From Ptychomitrium polyphyllum (lineage: Eukaryota), in NCBI GenBank assembly GCA_973851085.1, contig OZ316775.1, forward strand, positions 22,816,001 to 22,880,000: a stretch of 64,000 nucleotides of DNA, read 5' to 3'. Position 1 is the stretch's first letter. Each line of letters begins with the position of its first letter. The notes below the pieces were generated by a model. It made no database searches. It was not told where the DNA came from and saw only the letters and a list, made by a program, of their open reading frames with translations. Below, piece by piece: positions 13,542-24,761 of the stretch. Position numbers and translations under genes: made by a program.

Positions 13542-16500
13542 TCACCTCTCCATTTAGCAACGAGTCCTAGGAGGAGCTCTTTTCTTAGCTTGCTTGTCAC
13601 ATTTCTACAAATTTCAAAATTCGTCGAGGGAATGAAGCAACATATTCTGCTCGTTGATCTTTGTCCACTTGTTCAACTGGTCATTGCAAGAAACGCCAAT
13701 GACCACCGGCCAAGACTTCTGTTGTTGAAATATCCCATCCCAAGATCTAATCTTAATTAAGTCCATCAAAACATCCTCCAAATAAGATCTCAGGTCCTCC
13801 ACGAGTTACTATTCCAATGTCTAATAAGATGACTAGAGCACGAGCATCTGAATCAAGACTGGAGCGTGAAGGACGACTAGCTAATACTTCTGTACAAGGT
13901 CGTGCTTAACGTTGGAATGTCCCTCTCATATTTTGGCTTAAATCCTCCATTACCGAAGGCTGAGAAATAATGCTGCATACAATTAGAGGTTTTGGATGTC
14001 TCTCTTCCCTTCTTATACTTGTCTATGAAAGAAAAACTTCTCTGTGAAGCTAACGGCTACTGATGGCACATCATCACTGATCTAGTTTCTAATGATGTCT
14101 TTGATGAATTTTGCGTTCCTTCGCGGATGCATTTGTTACATTCATTGAAGGTTCCCATGTTAAGTCATTGATGCCATATCCTTGCCAATGTATAAGGTAC
14201 TCCACACGTCCGTTCTTGATGCGTGAATCTAAGATTTCTTCCACTTCATATTTCATTTCATTATTGATTTCCAATGGAGGAGGAGGAGGGACAATTCTTT
14301 CTGGTATACATGATTTATTATAGGTTTCCAATAACAATACGTGGAATACTGGATGAATTTGCATGCTTGGTGGTAGCTTTAGGCAATAACTAACCGGATT
14401 TATTTCTTTGCTAATTTCAAACGGTCCCAACCTTTGATAGTCTAACTTCTTTGATGGTCTTTTTGTTTGTATATTTTGTTGTAGGAGCCATACGCTATCT
14501 CCAACCTTGAACTTTGGATGGTCCTTCTGATAGCGATCTGCATAAGTTTTGTAATGATCATGAGCTTGTTGTAATTGGAAGGTAATTTCTTGATGGATTT
14601 TAGCAAGTTGAATTGCAAAATCCTCTGCTGCAGGACTTCCAACATGCTCTATTTGAGAATGATGGCCATAGTTTGCAAAGAATGGACTTTGAGTTGTTGA
14701 AGAATGGACTTTGAGTTGTTGAAGAATGCACCGTATTGTTGTAAACAAACTCTGCCAAAGGCAAGAGGTCCATCTAGTTGTCTTGCTAGTAGTTTATACT
14801 ATAACAAAGGTACTGCTCCAAAGTTTGATTCACACGTTTGGTTTGGCTATCAGTTTGCAAACGGTGTGCTGAAGAAAGGTTGATCTTTACACGCAACTGT
14901 TGGAATAGAGCCTTCCAAAATTTGGAAATGAATTGCGGCCCTCGATTGGATACAATATCATCTGGTAGTCCATATATGTGGTAGACGTAATTTAAGGACA
15001 ACTTGGCAGTTTCTTCTCCGGTTACCGTCTTGTTGCATGGAATGAAATGTGCCATTTTGATAAATTGATCCACTTCTACCAAAATAGAATCCTTAGAAAT
15101 GGAGTTTGGAAGATTTGAAATAAAATACATTTGACAAAGACAACCATGGGCCCTTTGGCACTGGAAGCGGATGGAAAAGACCATGAGGTTGGTGTCTTGG
15201 TATCTTGGCTCTTGCATAAGTGTCGCATAATTAAACAAAGTCCTTCACGTACTTCCACATTTGTGGCCACCAATAGTCTCTAGCAATCAATTCCATTGTT
15301 TTATTGAATCCAAAATGTTCTGCTGCTAGAAAATCATGACGTGCTTGAAGGATCTTCAATCGCAAAGGGCGTGGAGGTAGGTACAAAATTCCTTTATAAT
15401 AAAGTAGGCCCTCTTGGAATTCAAAGTCCTCATCGCTATTTGAAGGACCTCCATTATCTTTAATGCGCTTCCTTATATTTGAAACAAACACATCATTCTT
15501 CAAAGCCTTCCAAATTTCATCAAGATGGGATGTTGTCGTAATAATTGTTGCTTTCAATTGAAGATTCTCTGGCTTCAATAAAATAGTCTTTTGTTGATTC
15601 AAAACATCATCTCCAGATTGAAGAACTAAATAAGATCTTCGAGATAAGGCATCTGGCTTACCTTGTAAGCTAACAGGTCGATAGGTAATGACAAAGTCAA
15701 ATTCGGAAAGCGACATTCTCCACCTTGCTTGACGGCAATTCAAAACGAGCGCACTTGTGAAATACTCCAAGTTCTTGTGGTTTGTGGGTATTGTGATGGT
15801 ATGTTAAGCTCCTTCCAATAAATGTCGCCAATCCTCAAACGCATCTACAATTGCAGGTAGTTCTTTATCATGTATATCATAGTTGATCTCTGTCGTTGAG
15901 AACTTCCTTGAATAAAAAGCAAGAGGGTGAGTCTCTCGTTTTTTCATCATATTGTGAGAATCCTGAGCCAAGCGCAAAATCTGAGGCATCTACTTCCAAA
16001 TAAAAAGGCTTTGATGGATTTGGATGAATAAAGATTGGAGCCGATGTGAATGACTTCTTAAGACTTTGAAATATTTTTTTCGCTTCTTTATTCCAAATGA
16101 ATTTTTGCTTCTCCATAAGACGTGTTAATGGTGCCGCAATCTTGGAATAATTCTTGATGAATATCCTGTAGAAGTTTGCATATTCCAAGAAGCATTGAAC
16201 ATCTTGAATTGATCTTAGCGTACTCCACTCCATGACAATGCTTATTTTTTTCTTATCCATATGGATTCGTCCTTTGAAAATGATGTAGCCTAAAAATTCA
16301 ATCAAGGATTAATGGAAAAGGCACTTCTCCAATTTGGCATATAATCCTTGCTGGCGTAATTTTCTAAGACCAGTTGTACATGACATTCGTGGTCTTGTTC
16401 ATCCTTTGGCTATATCAAAATGATATCTAAGTAGATGATTATAAAATCATCCAGATGTGCATGGAAGATATCATTCATCATATGTTGAAAGACTGCGGGG

Positions 16501-18822
16501 GCATTAGTAAGGCCAAAAGGCATGACAAGATATTCAAAATGACCATATCAAGATCAAAAAGCTGTCTTCCATTCGCTTCCTTCTTTGATGCGTACAAGAT
16601 TGTAGGCTCCTCTAAGATCAATTTTGGTGATTATTTTTGCTTGGCCAAGTTGTTGTAGGAGTTCTGAGATTAATAGTAATAGATAGCAATTCTTTTTTAT
16701 TACTTTATTGAGGCCTCAATAGTCCACGTACATACATAATGATCCATCTTTCTTCTTTACAAATAGAATGGATGCTCCAGCAAGTGATTTAGAGTGTTGA
16801 ATGAAACCCTTTCCAAGGTTTTCATCAATATATTCTTTCAAGGCAGTCAACTCAGTTTGTGATAAGTTATAAATAGGTCCAAAAGGTGGTTGAGCTCATT
16901 CTTGCAACTCAATGGTACAATCGTAAGGCCGGTGCTTTTATAACATGTTCACATTCTTCTTTTCAAAAACATCTTTATAATCTTGATATTGATGAGGTAT
17001 GTTTTGATTAGTCTCTATTATAGAGCTGGACATTGGTGTGGCATAAATGGCATAGATTGGTCCATCCTTTGTTGCTCTCATAAATGCCTTAGCTCCAATA
17101 AATGATGATTCAAAGAATTCTCGTACCTTGACATCTTTTCCTTGAAACCATACTTTGTGAGCACCAATCAATGTCTGGATTATATTATTCAAACCAAGGA
17201 AGGCCCAAGACAATAGGATTTCTTTGGCATTGAATGATGTTGAAGACAATCTTAGATGCCTGGTCTCCTAAAACAACCTCCAATGGTTGAGTTTCTTCAA
17301 TAATGTTGCCAGACGCAAGAAATCGTCCATCAATAACTTCAACAGGTGCAAGATATTTTTTGTTCACAAGCACCATGTGATGTTTGATTGTAAAATCTTT
17401 GTCCATGAAACATACCGTTGCGCTAGTGTCTGATAGAGCCTCATTAACTATTTCATCATTTAGTAATTTAATTTTGATACAGAATATAAAACAAGAGATA
17501 AGGCTTGAAGGTAGTAAGAGACCTTGATTTGATGGTTGTTTCTTTGTGGTGTCTAGTCGCATGGTCCCTACTGTGACTGGACAGCCTCGTTTTCCAACTC
17601 CACCATTGTGCTTTGAGCCTTAAAGGCAAATCCTTTGATTTAGCAATTGCGCACTTTATATCCAGACTTGCCACAATACAAACATAGGTTTTTTCTTTGA
17701 TGCCTTCCTTTTTCTTTTGGAGTCAAATGTCTAAACTAGGCAGCATTAATTTGTATAAGTTCTGATTCTTATGGTCGGCTTTCCGATATTCTTAAAGAAG
17801 TGGTAGACATGCTTTGATGTACTGGTCGCCATCCCAAGCGTTATTCTTAGCGCCTCTAAAATAATCTATTGTCACATGTTATTGCTTGAGTGATGAATTT
17901 GTCCAATGTTTTAACTTTTGGCATTGTGAGTAGCAAGTCCTTCACATTCTTTCTTAAGTTCCACCAAAATCATGTGATCAAAGCCTTATCATTCCAATCA
18001 AGGTTGCAAGCTAATTGACGAAACTCTACAGTATATATAGCAGCTAAGCGTTGCCTTTATTATAGACTTTGGATCCTTGTCTCAGCCACTCTCTCTCAGT
18101 TTGTGTCTTCAAAAGTAGATGTCAATACTTCTATAATAGCATCTAAGTTGTTCAATAATGGTGACTGCTTCTCCATTAGTAGTACAAACCACAATAAGAC
18201 TTTGTTTGAGAAAAAAGTGGCCACATATCCCACTTAAGTTGTGCCATCAGGATAGCGAGATTGATGCAAACTAAGGAAGAGCCTTACTTGTTGAATAAAA
18301 CCTCTTAATTTTGATCTTGATCCATCGAACTCGTCTGGCATGCTAATCTTTGGCTCTGCATGGATTTTACGTAAGCCCTCTCTTCCAATATTGGCCTCTT
18401 GCAATTGATTAACCTCTTGATATAGACTTTAAATATTACCATTGGATTCTTCAGTTTGCCAAGTGTGTTGCTCCAAATTGTTGGTGGTGTTGAAGAAAGC
18501 GAGTTCTGTTTGAACTGTGTTTAATAACTCTTGAAGGTCTGCAATAGTTGCAAACGTATTCTTTGATGTTCCAGGCACGTTATCAATTTCTTAAGATTGT
18601 CATGACAAGAAGACTATGAGTACCTTCAAAGGAGGATAATCCACGTCCTCTGAAAGAAGTAATACTTGGTTCTAGAAGGAGAATTCAACTCTATGGTTCC
18701 AGCTTAGAGGAGAGTAGTCCGCAACCTCTAAGACAATATAGAATCCTAAAGAAGATGCGTAATCCACAATCTTCTTCAAAGAACCTTAGCTCTGACAAAG
18801 ATGAAGAGCAGTCTAACTAAAC

Positions 18823-19496
18823 TATTAGGGACACAAGAAAGAAGAAGCGGAAATAAAGTGTTTCCTAAGAATTAGCTTCCAAAGAACTAATGATTAACAA
18901 GAACTTGATACAAAGACTAAAACAAGGCAGGATTTAAGATGATCCACAAATTGTGTTGGCAAGACTAAGGAATACCTTGTCTTGCCTCCTATTTATACTA
19001 TGACATTTATATCTCGTAGGATACTTCTAAAGAAGCTTCCTACAAGGCTTAAGAATGTTCTAGAAATCTAGGGAACATTTCCAAGAGGTTTTGTAAGATA
19101 TTGGAACCTTCCTAAGAAGCTTCCAAGGAGTTGGAACCTTCCTTGGAAGTTTCCTAAGATAACGGAACCTTCCTAGGAAGTTTCCTAAAGAGGTAGAACC
19201 TTTCTAGAAAGTTTCCTAAGGTGGAGGAATTTTCCTAAGAAGTTTCCTAAAATGATGGAACCTTCTTAGGAAGTTATCTAAAATAATGGAATCTTTGTAG
19301 GAAGTTTCCTAAGAAATTATCAAAGATGATAAACCTTCCTAGAAAACTTCCTTAGGTGGAGGAACTTTCTTAGGAAGCTTCCTAAAAACATGAAAGGCTA
19401 TGGAGACATTTAAAAATATTTTAAGAAGCTATTATAGTATACTAGAAGATTTTAGAATGTTCGAAGGACTATGTTCTATGATTAATGTCCATAACA
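18823..19496 (-). repeat. 5' LTR of element B (674 bp)
   Basis: Colinear with 12971-13541 but with more internal tandem units; minus-strand TATAAAT at 18997-18991. Confidence 0.9.
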
Positions 19497-19503
19497 CATA
19501 GCC

Positions 19504-21193
19504 TATGATGGTTTAGTCCGTTAAATAGAGAAAATTAGAAATAGAAGAACAAGTTTCCAAAATTAGACAAGTAAAAAGTGATGTAATTAAGTAAGGAGTT
19601 ACTACTAATTAGATTAGTAGCTAAAATTGAAATAGCAGTTGAAGCTTAGAAGCAGTTGAATTTAGGCTAATAGTTGAAAATAAAATAACAGCAAAATTTG
19701 GATTAATTGCTGAAATATAGAAATTATCTAAAGTTAGAATAGCACCTAAATTTTGATTTTATAAGTATAGAAAATTTAATATATAAGCTAAAGTTAAAAC
19801 AGTAGCTAAAATCTAGGGCTATAGGTAAATTTAGAATAGTGACTAAATTAAAATAGTAGCGACATTTAAATTAGTAGCTAAAATCTAAGAAATCAGCTAA
19901 ATATAGATGAGGGCTGAATTTAAAGTAGTAGCTACATTTATGGAAAAGTCAAAGTATGGATTAGCATCAAGTGGTTTAGAAATTTCAGCAACCAATAGAA
20001 ATGGAGTAAAGAAGTGAATTTCCCAATAAAAGGGAGGAGAAAGCAAGCAAAGACACATTTAACACTTAGTAATTTTCACTCAAGTTTAGCTGTGAGCATG
20101 CCCTTAGTAGTTTTAGCAAGAGAGGTTAATTGAAAAGCAAAGAGAATTAGGTTTTGAAGTTAGGGTTTTGAAGTCAGGGATTGAAGTTAGGGTTTTGAAG
20201 TTAGGTTTTGAAGTTAGGTATTTGAAATAGATTTTAGAGTTAGTTGACACAATTAGTTTTTAACAAATAGGAGTTTGTTATGAGCAAGAGAAGTTAGTAT
20301 CATAGCATGAAGAGCAACAACTAAGGTTTGGATTTTAAGCCATCAGTCCGTCATTGTGCAAGTATAAGTGTTCAAATTTATTGGATTGGTAAAAGAAGTT
20401 ATAAGCTTTTCAACAAGCCAATACATGCTTCAATTGAAGCTATAGCAAGGAAAGAAATTGCAATTTATTAAAGGGTTTGTAGAAGGGATTATAAGTTTTT
20501 CAACGAGCCAAAAAATGCTCAATTTGAAGAAGTATTGAAGAAATGGCAGCCAATTTGGTAGCGGAGGGTCTGTTGCCCTCCCGATTTAGAGGACCAACTT
20601 TGAAGGATAGTTCTAGGCAAACTACAGTAAGTTTAAAGCTGAGAAATTTTATAGCTGCTAGTTCCTTAAGTTAGTTTTTCAAGGACTACAAGTACGCTAG
20701 AATTGGATTAAAGACAAAGAAACTACGACCTGTTTGGTAAAAAGAGGTTTGCTGCCTTGATTGGAGCACCCCCGGATTGTTTTTTCTCCTTTCTCTTTGT
20801 TTTTATTGCATTGACTTGTTCCTTGAGTGAAATCCTTCCTCATTTTTTTTGCCATAAAATTTAACTATAATTACTTCTATTTTTTATTACTTTTATTCTA
20901 GGTAAATACTATATCTTTTTATCTTTTTACTTTTATTCTACCTTTATTTTTTACTTTTTAAACCTTGGATAATAGAAACCTTAATCTAAATTCATCAAAG
21001 TTTATTGAAGTTTATCCATTAGGATGAAGATTAGGATTAGGTTGACGTTAATTTTGGCTTCACATTGTTGACTAAAAGTTAAATAGGCTAGGGATCCATC
21101 ACAAATACTACAAAATACTTAATACACATCAATATAAAAAAAACATGTGAACTAGGGATCGTTTCAATTAGTGAGATGGTATTTTAGTTCACA
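19504..21193 (+). mobile_element. ~1.7 kb LTR-like repeat, copy 1 (unclassified)
   Basis: Homologous to the reverse complement of 62749-64000. Layout: degenerate AT-rich tandem units, CCAAT, GAAGTTAGGGTTTT repeats (~20147-20240), decayed ORF, terminal inverted repeat ending TTCACA at 21193 where the Copia RT is cut. 5' boundary uncertain. Confidence 0.75.
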
Positions 21194-23450
21194 CCCATAT
21201 AAGGCCTTCTTCAACTTGCACACAAAGTGCTCCGAGCCTTCATGCACAAAACCTGGTAGTTGCTCCATGTAGATGTCTTCTTCCAAGTTCCATTAAAGAA
21301 GGCCGTCTTCACATCTATCTAGTGGATCTTCAAGTCCATTACCGCGGCTATTGCCAAGATGGTTCTAATGGTGTTGAACCTAGCCACAAGTGCAAATGTC
21401 TCATTGAAGTCCACACTAGCAACTTGTGAGTAGCCTTTGGCAACTAGCCTTGCCTTGTGCCTCACAATTCCACCCAAAGCATCCCTCTTAGTCGTAAACA
21501 TCCACTTACAACCAATGGAAGAACGACCTTAAGGAAGTTGAGTCAAATTGCATGTACCATTGTCCATGAGTGACTTGTACTCCTTTTGCATGGCCTTCTT
21601 CCACTTCACAGCAACTGTGGACTTCAAAGCATTGCACAAAGTCAATGGATCATGGAAGAGGGCAACATTGGCATATTCCTCACTCACTTCAAGAAAGATG
21701 TGGTTCTTCCACCATTCACTACGTGGCTTCTTCTCCTTCATGAGGTACCTCCTACCATTCAAGTCAAGCCTCTCCTCTTGTCATCACCTATTTGTCATAT
21801 ACAATACATTCACCATCACCTTTTGCCCAACATGTTTTGCCCACAAGATGAGGAAATACATTGCTCTGCCCAAGGATGGAATTCTAATGGATCCACACAC
21901 ATCCAAATGTACAATCTTCAACAAGGCACTTGCACAACTTACCAATCCACATGGAAACGATGCCCTTTGTTTTCCTTGGATGCAACCCTTACAAGCGAGT
22001 TCCTTGGGCTTGTGGCAAATTCTACCAAGATCTAGGCCATTTACCATGGCTTGGAGCTTCTTCGTAGCCTTCACATTTAAGTAACCAAGGCGGCAATGTC
22101 AAATGCCAAACTTGTCTTCATCTTGGGTGATTTGCGCAAATGCCGCTACTTCCACTCCATCAGCTTTTTTACACTTTATGAAGTACAAATTGCCATCCCT
22201 CAACTTTGTGGCAACAACGTCTCCATCCAATGACTTTACAATACGTCCATTTACATTGAAATGAACCACAATTCCTCCCATTACAAGTTTGCTCACCAAA
22301 AGGAAGCTGGACTTCATCTTTGGCACATGGAGCACGTCTCTAAAGGTGATCTTCTTGGTAATGCCTCTAACAACAATCTCTACCACAGTGGATCCCATTC
22401 CAATGGCCTCTACCACACCATTGTCATCCATGAGCATAATTGTGGCTAGAATTGCCTCATAAGTGACAAACGAGCACTTGTGAGGCATCGTATGTTTTGT
22501 AGCATCCGAGTCCAGTATCCACTTAGATAAGGCACCCATGGACACCCTTTTTCTTGCAATGAAAATAGAATCAGCTCCTCTAAGGTGGTCTATCATGTGG
22601 TTGGCATCCTCCCTCTTCTTTCTTGGTTTTGTAGCAATTTCGAGCAAAGTAGCCCAGCTTTCCACAAACAAAGCAAGTTCTAAGGGTGGAACGTTGGTTG
22701 GAATAGGTGCCCTTACTTTGTTTTAAGAAGAAGGCCGAGTCTTCATTCAAAGTGCCCTTCTCCTTCTACTTTGTCACCTTGTGGCTCAACCTTGGCGTTA
22801 CATAGTCCATGGTGAGGTCCTCCATGGAAATAGACTATATAGCCACAATGAAGTAGTTGTAGGACTCTATCAAATTTATGTACAATGTCAACACAACCTC
22901 CCTTTTGCAAGCTTATATGCAATGTCAACACAACCTCTCCTTTGCATACTGATGCCCTAAAATGGCAAGTTGGCTCGCGAGGACCTTCACCTTGCTGACA
23001 TGCGCCATGAGGTCGTCTCCTTCTTCCATCTTGCATGTCAAGAACTTCTTCCCTGTGAAGATGATGCTGGAGAAGTTCCTACTCTCATAGATGTTGCAAA
23101 GTGTCTTCCACACCTCCGTAAGGCCTTTGAAAGAGATGATGTGGACAAAGTTGGCATTGTCAAGGTTATTAGCAAGGATGCCAAAGGCCTTCTTTTCACA
23201 ACGTTGGAACTCTTTTTTCTCTCTTGCATCTATCCATGATGATGGATCAACTTCACTTCCATCTACAATGTCCCAAAGGTTTAGAGCAGCCAATGCAAGC
23301 TCCATCTTAACCTTCCATTGGTGGAAGTTCTCACAACAAAACATTTGAATGACTCTCAATCCTTCACCTTCACTAGAAGCCATGCCTAAAAAAGAAGAGA
23401 AACAATTAGAGCTCCTAACACTCTTCCCAAACTTCAATGCTTCCAACAAG
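21194..23450 (-). mobile_element. Truncated, decayed Ty1/Copia element (gag, protease, partial integrase, 5' half of RT)
   Basis: ENFHQWKVKMELAL..LWDIVDG (gag), WILDSDATKH (PR), LHVPKMK and HCRLGYLN (GAG-pre-integrase), IVHLDVCG (IN start, core deleted), [38 protein letters not shown] (RT). Ends abruptly at 21194. No LTR found. Confidence 0.9.
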
Positions 23451-24286
23451 TCCTCACAACTATGAATGTAGAAGCAAGCCTCTCATCTCACTATCTCCAC
23501 TCAACAATGGTTGTTGTCCATATACAAGGTCACAATAACAATACCAAACAAACCAAGTTGGTGGTGGTAGGCTCAAATCTAACAAAGACACTATTAAGGC
23601 CTTATCAACACTTGTACAAGCTCACTATCCAAGGAGTTTCAACATCCACAACACCAAAAGAGCTCTAAACATGAATGCCATGTGGCGCCACCTAAGAGTG
23701 CCACGTGGCAATTTGTATTGGTGTCACATGGTGGCTAAACGTAGCCGCTACCTAAATCCTAGTTGCCATTTTCTCAACCCTAACTTCCATATTCCTTTGA
23801 TCACTAGCAACATCTCAAGTCTTATATGAAGGCAATTCAATTAGGACCACTATGTATGTTCTACTTACTCCAATAATTCCAACAAAACGATCATTGGTCA
23901 CCGACTGGACGCGGATGACTGACTAGCAAACAACCGTTGGTTGCCTAGTAGGCTGCGGTTACTTATGCAGTAGCCTGCATAGGGCGATGACTCAACTTTT
24001 GAAGGATTTCTTCCAAAATTTGAGGTCCCCCACTTTACTTAATAAACTTTGGATGTGTTAGAATTTTAAAAAAAATTCAAATCTCAAATTGTATAACTTT
24101 AGAGATGGAAGGGAAGAGGACGAGATAAGATATTTTGCAATTTAGAAATTGCAAGCAGCAATTCTTTGCCAAGTGAATAAAAAAAAATCATTACATCACA
24201 AAGCCAAGCGGCTCTTATTCTACAAAGGAAGAAACCAATAGTGCATGAAGTAGAAAAAATCCTAAAGCTTTACTAAATGGTTAAAC

Positions 24287-24761
24287 CATCATTTCCAAAC
24301 AAAACTAAAATACAAGGTTTCTCAAAAATACACTTACAAAACTTGATTTGGCAAAGAATGCTAGACCAAGGGAGATTTTCCACCTAATACCTTTTTTAAA
24401 TTTTAATTTGTACTAAATGGATGAAATCATCCATAAAATCAACCATACCACATTCATTTAAATTAGCTTGACACTCAATGCCACATCACGTAACAAAACA
24501 CTATTATATAAGTACACAAAAAATACAACAAATACAAAAAATTTAGTATCATAATTATTATCAAATTATAATATAAATCAAATTATCTCTTATTTAACTA
24601 AAGAAGAATTTTAAAGTACAAATGTATTAACAATTCACCATTTCCAAACAAATCCCACATAAGATTTCTTTCAAACAAAATCCACAAAACTTGACTTGGA
24701 AAAATACCAAGCTAAAGGAGGTTCTTCACCTATCATCCTTTTTAAATCTTAATTGGTACTA
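24287..24761. repeat. Diverged ~130-bp direct repeat pair (24287-24416 and 24637-24761)
   Basis: Shared blocks in the same order: CATTTCCAAACAAA, ACAAAACTTGA.TTGG, CACCTA..CCTTTTTAAA..TAATT.GTACTA. Confidence 0.7.

Larger units (their letters stand above)
12971..19496 (-). mobile_element. Full-length but inactivated Ty3/Gypsy chromovirus element B (LTR-gag-PR-RT-RH-IN-chromodomain-PPT-LTR)
   Basis: Two similar LTRs. Gag with ..PKISMPDEFDG.. (~18350) and a degenerate zinc knuckle (~17690). Protease ALSDTSAT, RT, RNaseH ([20 protein letters not shown]), integrase (HFGFNKT, GPF), chromodomain ([23 protein letters not shown]). PPT at 13542-13551. Many stops and frameshifts. Confidence 0.92.

Noticed and set aside
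19504..21103. Solo LTR bounded by TATGATGG...CCATCACA
   Set aside because: No TSD (TAGCC vs AATAC), and similarity to copy 2 continues to 21193.
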